From an uncultured Planctomycetota bacterium (GTDB taxonomy: Bacteria > Planctomycetota > Planctomycetia > Gemmatales > Gemmataceae), in the NCBI GenBank assembly GCA_963849325.1, contig CAWKHF010000005.1, forward strand, positions 96,001 through 160,000: a DNA stretch of 64,000 nucleotides. Direction: 5' to 3'. Below are positions 61,350 to 64,000 of the stretch, piece by piece (positions within the stretch are counted from its first letter, which is position 1; each line of letters opens with the position of its first letter). The position numbers and the translations under genes were made by a program. The notes under the pieces are model-generated. The model searched no databases. It was not told the origin of the DNA and was given only the letters and a program-made list of their open reading frames with translations.

Positions 61350-64000
61350 TTAGTGGGTGCCGTTGCCAACACCGACGTTGCTTCCGCCCCCGCCGGAACT
61401 GGTGCTCCCGCCGCTCGTGCTGGTGTTGTGCGCGAAGGCGTTGATGGCCAGTTCGATGCCGAACAGCTCGAAGAACGGTCCGAACGGTCCGGCCGCCGGT
61501 AGGTTGACGGCGATGTCGGCCTGCACGCCGGCCGCCCCGGTCTGATTGCCGGTCAGCAGGTCGAGCACGAGGCTGAAACCGTCGAAGACCAACTGCAACG
61601 CCGGATTGGCCGCCACCGTCGGAGTGGGCGTCGGTGTCGGTGTCGGCGTTGGAGTGGGCGTTGGAGTGGGCGTCGGCGTCGGCGTTGGAGTCGGCGTGGG
61701 CGTTGGGGTTGGCGTCGGCGTCGGTGTTGGGGTCGGCGTCGGCGTCGGAGTGGGCGTCGGTGTTGGAGTTGGAGTTGGAGTCGGCGTCGGTGTCGGCGTC
61801 GGCGTCGGCGTTGGGGTCGGCGTCGGCGTCGGTGTTGGGGTCGGCGTCGGCGTTGGGGTCGGCGTCGGCGTTGGGGTCGGCGTCGGAGTGGGCGTCGGTG
61901 TTGGAGTTGGGGTCGGCGTCGGCGTCGGTGTTGGGGTCGGCGTCGGTGTTGGAGTCGGTGTCGGAGTGGGCGTGGGCGTGGGCGTGGGCGTGGGCGTTGG
62001 AGTGGGACTGAACTCGGTGGCGCCGATGTCGATGGTGGCACTCTTGCCGCCGTTGATGACTCGCGGGAAGCCGGTGCCACGCTGATCGAACGGACCCGTC
62101 AGGGCCGTCGCCGCGTTGTCACCCGCATCGATGCCAGGGCTGCCGGACAGGAGCAGGATGGTCTGTGTCAGACCACCGTTGTTGCCCAGCGTGCCAATGC
62201 CCGCGGCCACGTTGAGGATATCGCCGTGGGCCGTGCTGAAGCCGAAGCTGCCGGTGGCATTGCCGATCAGGTCGTGGTCGCTGCTGTTGACCGAACCGAA
62301 GTAATCGGCGGCAGAGGCCGCGTTGTTCAGCGCCACCAGCGTGTTGGTGAGGATGACGTTGGCGTTGGCATTGTTGAAGACGCCGCCGCCCTGGCCGGCC
62401 ACGGCCCCGCCGGCGGTGCCCGGCGTGCCCGGTGTGCCACCCACTCCCGGAGGCGCGCCGGCGTCGCCGCCGTTGCCGCCGAAGCCTTGGAGCGCCGCGT
62501 TGTAAGCGACGGTGACGTTGGTCAAGGTGACACCGCCGGTTCCGGGCGTGACCAGCACGAAGAGGCCGCCGCCCTTGACGGCGCCGCTGTTGCCGCCGTT
62601 GCCGCCGTTGCCGGCGGTGCTGGCGGTGGCCGAGCCACCCGTGCCGCCGTTGCCGCCGTTGCCGGCGGTGGCCGTGTTGGTGGACACGGTCGAGTTGGTC
62701 AGTTGCGTCTGACCCGAGCCGAACAGGAACGTGCCGGCACCCTCGGCGGAGCCGCCGATGCCGCCGCCGCCGCCCTTGCCACCGGCCTTGCCGTTGCCGC
62801 CGTTGCCGCCCGTGCCGCCGGCCCCGCCGGTGACGGAGTTGCCCGACAACGTCGAATCGAAGATCTTACTCGCCTGGCCGGTGCCGCTGTTGGTGACGAA
62901 GACGCCGCCGCCGTGGGCAAAGCCGCCCGCGCCGCCGACGCTACCGCCGCTGCCCAGGCCGGCCGCGGCCGTGGCCCCCGCACCGCCGTTGCCGCCGGCG
63001 CCGCCGGTGACGCTGTTGCCCGTGACGGACGTGTTCGTGATGGCGAACGACGAAGGCGTGCCGCCGACCGGGAAATAGTCGATGCCGCCGGCGAAGGTGT
63101 CGCCGCCGTCGCCGCCGGTGCCGCCCAGAGCGCCGGCCGTGTTGCTGGCGCCGCCGACGCCGCCGGCACCGCCGACGACCATGTTGCCCTGGACGGTAGA
63201 ACTGCCGAGCGTGAACTTTACCGTGCCGAAACCGTTGATGGCGATGCCGCCGGTGTCGCCCGTGCCGCCGGTGCCGCCGCCGCCGCCCGTGGTAATCAGC
63301 GTGCCGCCGGTGCCGCCAGCACCGCCGGCGCCGCCGGCGCCGCCCGTGGCCGAGTTCGTGTCCACCTGGGTGCCGGAGGTCACGTTGACGGTGAGCGTGT
63401 CTCCGCCTTTGGCCAAGGCATTGATGCCGGCGCCGAGCACGCCGCCGCCGTGGCCGCCGCTGCCGCCCGTCGAGCCGCCGCCACTCAGTCCGTTGCCTCC
63501 CGCTCCGCCGGCCCCGCCGATGACGAAGTTGCTCGACACCACGGTGGCGTTGCTGGTCGAGGTGGACGTGCCGACGGTCACGGTGCCGCCGCCGGTAATG
63601 AACACGCCACCGCCATGTGCCGAACCGCCGGTGCCGCCGCCGCCGCCGGACTTGCCGGCCGCCGTCGCCGCGAAGCCCTGTCCGGCCAGGCCGCCCTGGG
63701 CCGTGTTCCCTGTCAGCGTCACGCCGGTCAGGCTCAGCGACATGGTGGCGCTGCTGATCCACAGACCGCCGCCGTTGGCCGTCCCGCCGGCCTGACCCGT
63801 CGTACTGGTCTTGGTGCCGTTGGCGCCATTGCCGCCGATGGCCTTGTTGCCGGTAATCGAGCTGGCGTCCAGGGTCTGCGGATTGCTGGTGCCGACGATG
63901 AAGACGCCGCCGCCCTCGGCACTGCCGGCCAGCGCCCCGCCGGAGACACCGTTGCCGCCGACAGCCTGGTTGTTGCTAATGACCGTGCCGTTGACGACGG
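61350..64000 (-). CDS. G8: Gly-rich surface protein paralog, 5' end outside the window
   Basis: Frame is open to the window edge ([17 protein letters not shown]..); same anchor-Q-like domain, PT stalk and C-terminal module. Confidence 0.92.
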   Translation of the reverse strand, partial: VVNGTVISNNQAVGGNGVSGGALAGSAEGGGVFIVGTSNPQTLDASSITGNKAIGGNGANGTKTSTTGQAGGTANGGGLWISSATMSLSLTGVTLTGNTAQGGLAGQGFAATAAGKSGGGGGTGGSAHGGGVFITGGGTVTVGTSTSTSNATVVSSNFVIGGAGGAGGNGLSGGGSTGGSGGHGGGVLGAGINALAKGGDTLTVNVTSGTQVDTNSATGGAGGAGGAGGTGGTLITTGGGGGTGGTGDTGGIAINGFGTVKFTLGSSTVQGNMVVGGAGGVGGASNTAGALGGTGGDGGDTFAGGIDYFPVGGTPSSFAITNTSVTGNSVTGGAGGNGGAGATAAAGLGSGGSVGGAGGFAHGGGVFVTNSGTGQASKIFDSTLSGNSVTGGAGGTGGNGGNGKAGGKGGGGGIGGSAEGAGTFLFGSGQTQLTNSTVSTNTATAGNGGNGGTGGSATASTAGNGGNGGNSGAVKGGGLFVLVTPGTGGVTLTNVTVAYNAALQGFGGNGGDAGAPPGVGGTPGTPGTAGGAVAGQGGGVFNNANANVILTNTLVALNNAASAADYFGSVNSSDHDLIGNATGSFGFSTAHGDILNVAAGIGTLGNNGGLTQTILLLSGSPGIDAGDNAATALTGPFDQRGTGFPRVINGGKSATIDIGATEFSPTPTPTPTPTPTPTPTPTPTPTPTPTPTPTPTPTPTPTPTPTPTPTPTPTPTPTPTPTPTPTPTPTPTPTPTPTPTPTPTPTPTPTPTPTPTPTPTPTPTPTPTPTPTPTPTPTPTPTPTPTPTPTPTPTVAANPALQLVFDGFSLVLDLLTGNQTGAAGVQADIAVNLPAAGPFGPFFELFGIELAINAFAHNTSTSGGSTSSGGGGSNVGVGNGTH

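Overview
High-GC bacterial DNA, very probably Planctomycetota (Gemmataceae-like). This rests on the DUF1549/DUF1553-DUF1501 gene pair, a planctomycete-type ECF sigma factor and LExLEERxxPA leader motifs. The left half (1-33.9 kb) is mostly housekeeping: pckA, a Gld-like ABC cluster, hisD/C/B, mqnD, a DEAD-box helicase, two ECF sigma factors, cysK, folD, rex, parB and tRNA-Pro. It is sprinkled with REP-like palindromes and orphan or decayed toxin-antitoxin fragments. Many genes carry single-base frameshifts, most likely sequencing or assembly indels. The right half (34.1-64 kb, running off the window edge) is a head-to-tail minus-strand array of at least nine paralogous Gly-rich surface-type proteins of roughly 850-1200 aa (G0-G8). 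Their layout is a conserved N-terminal leader, a Gly-rich beta-helix-like passenger, a choice-of-anchor-Q-like domain, a (Pro-Thr)n stalk and a conserved ~50-aa C-terminal module I do not recognise. A conserved 28-nt GC hairpin, built from two GCCCGCGGGC palindromes, follows G1-G8. It lies exactly 28 nt after the stop codon in six genes and in a seventh once a MITE is removed. The paralogs are visibly mosaic. One has replaced stalk and C-terminal module with a His-Asp tail, and one has a 146-bp MITE inserted in its stop codon. This array, with its cis element and C-terminal module, is the best candidate for an undescribed system.
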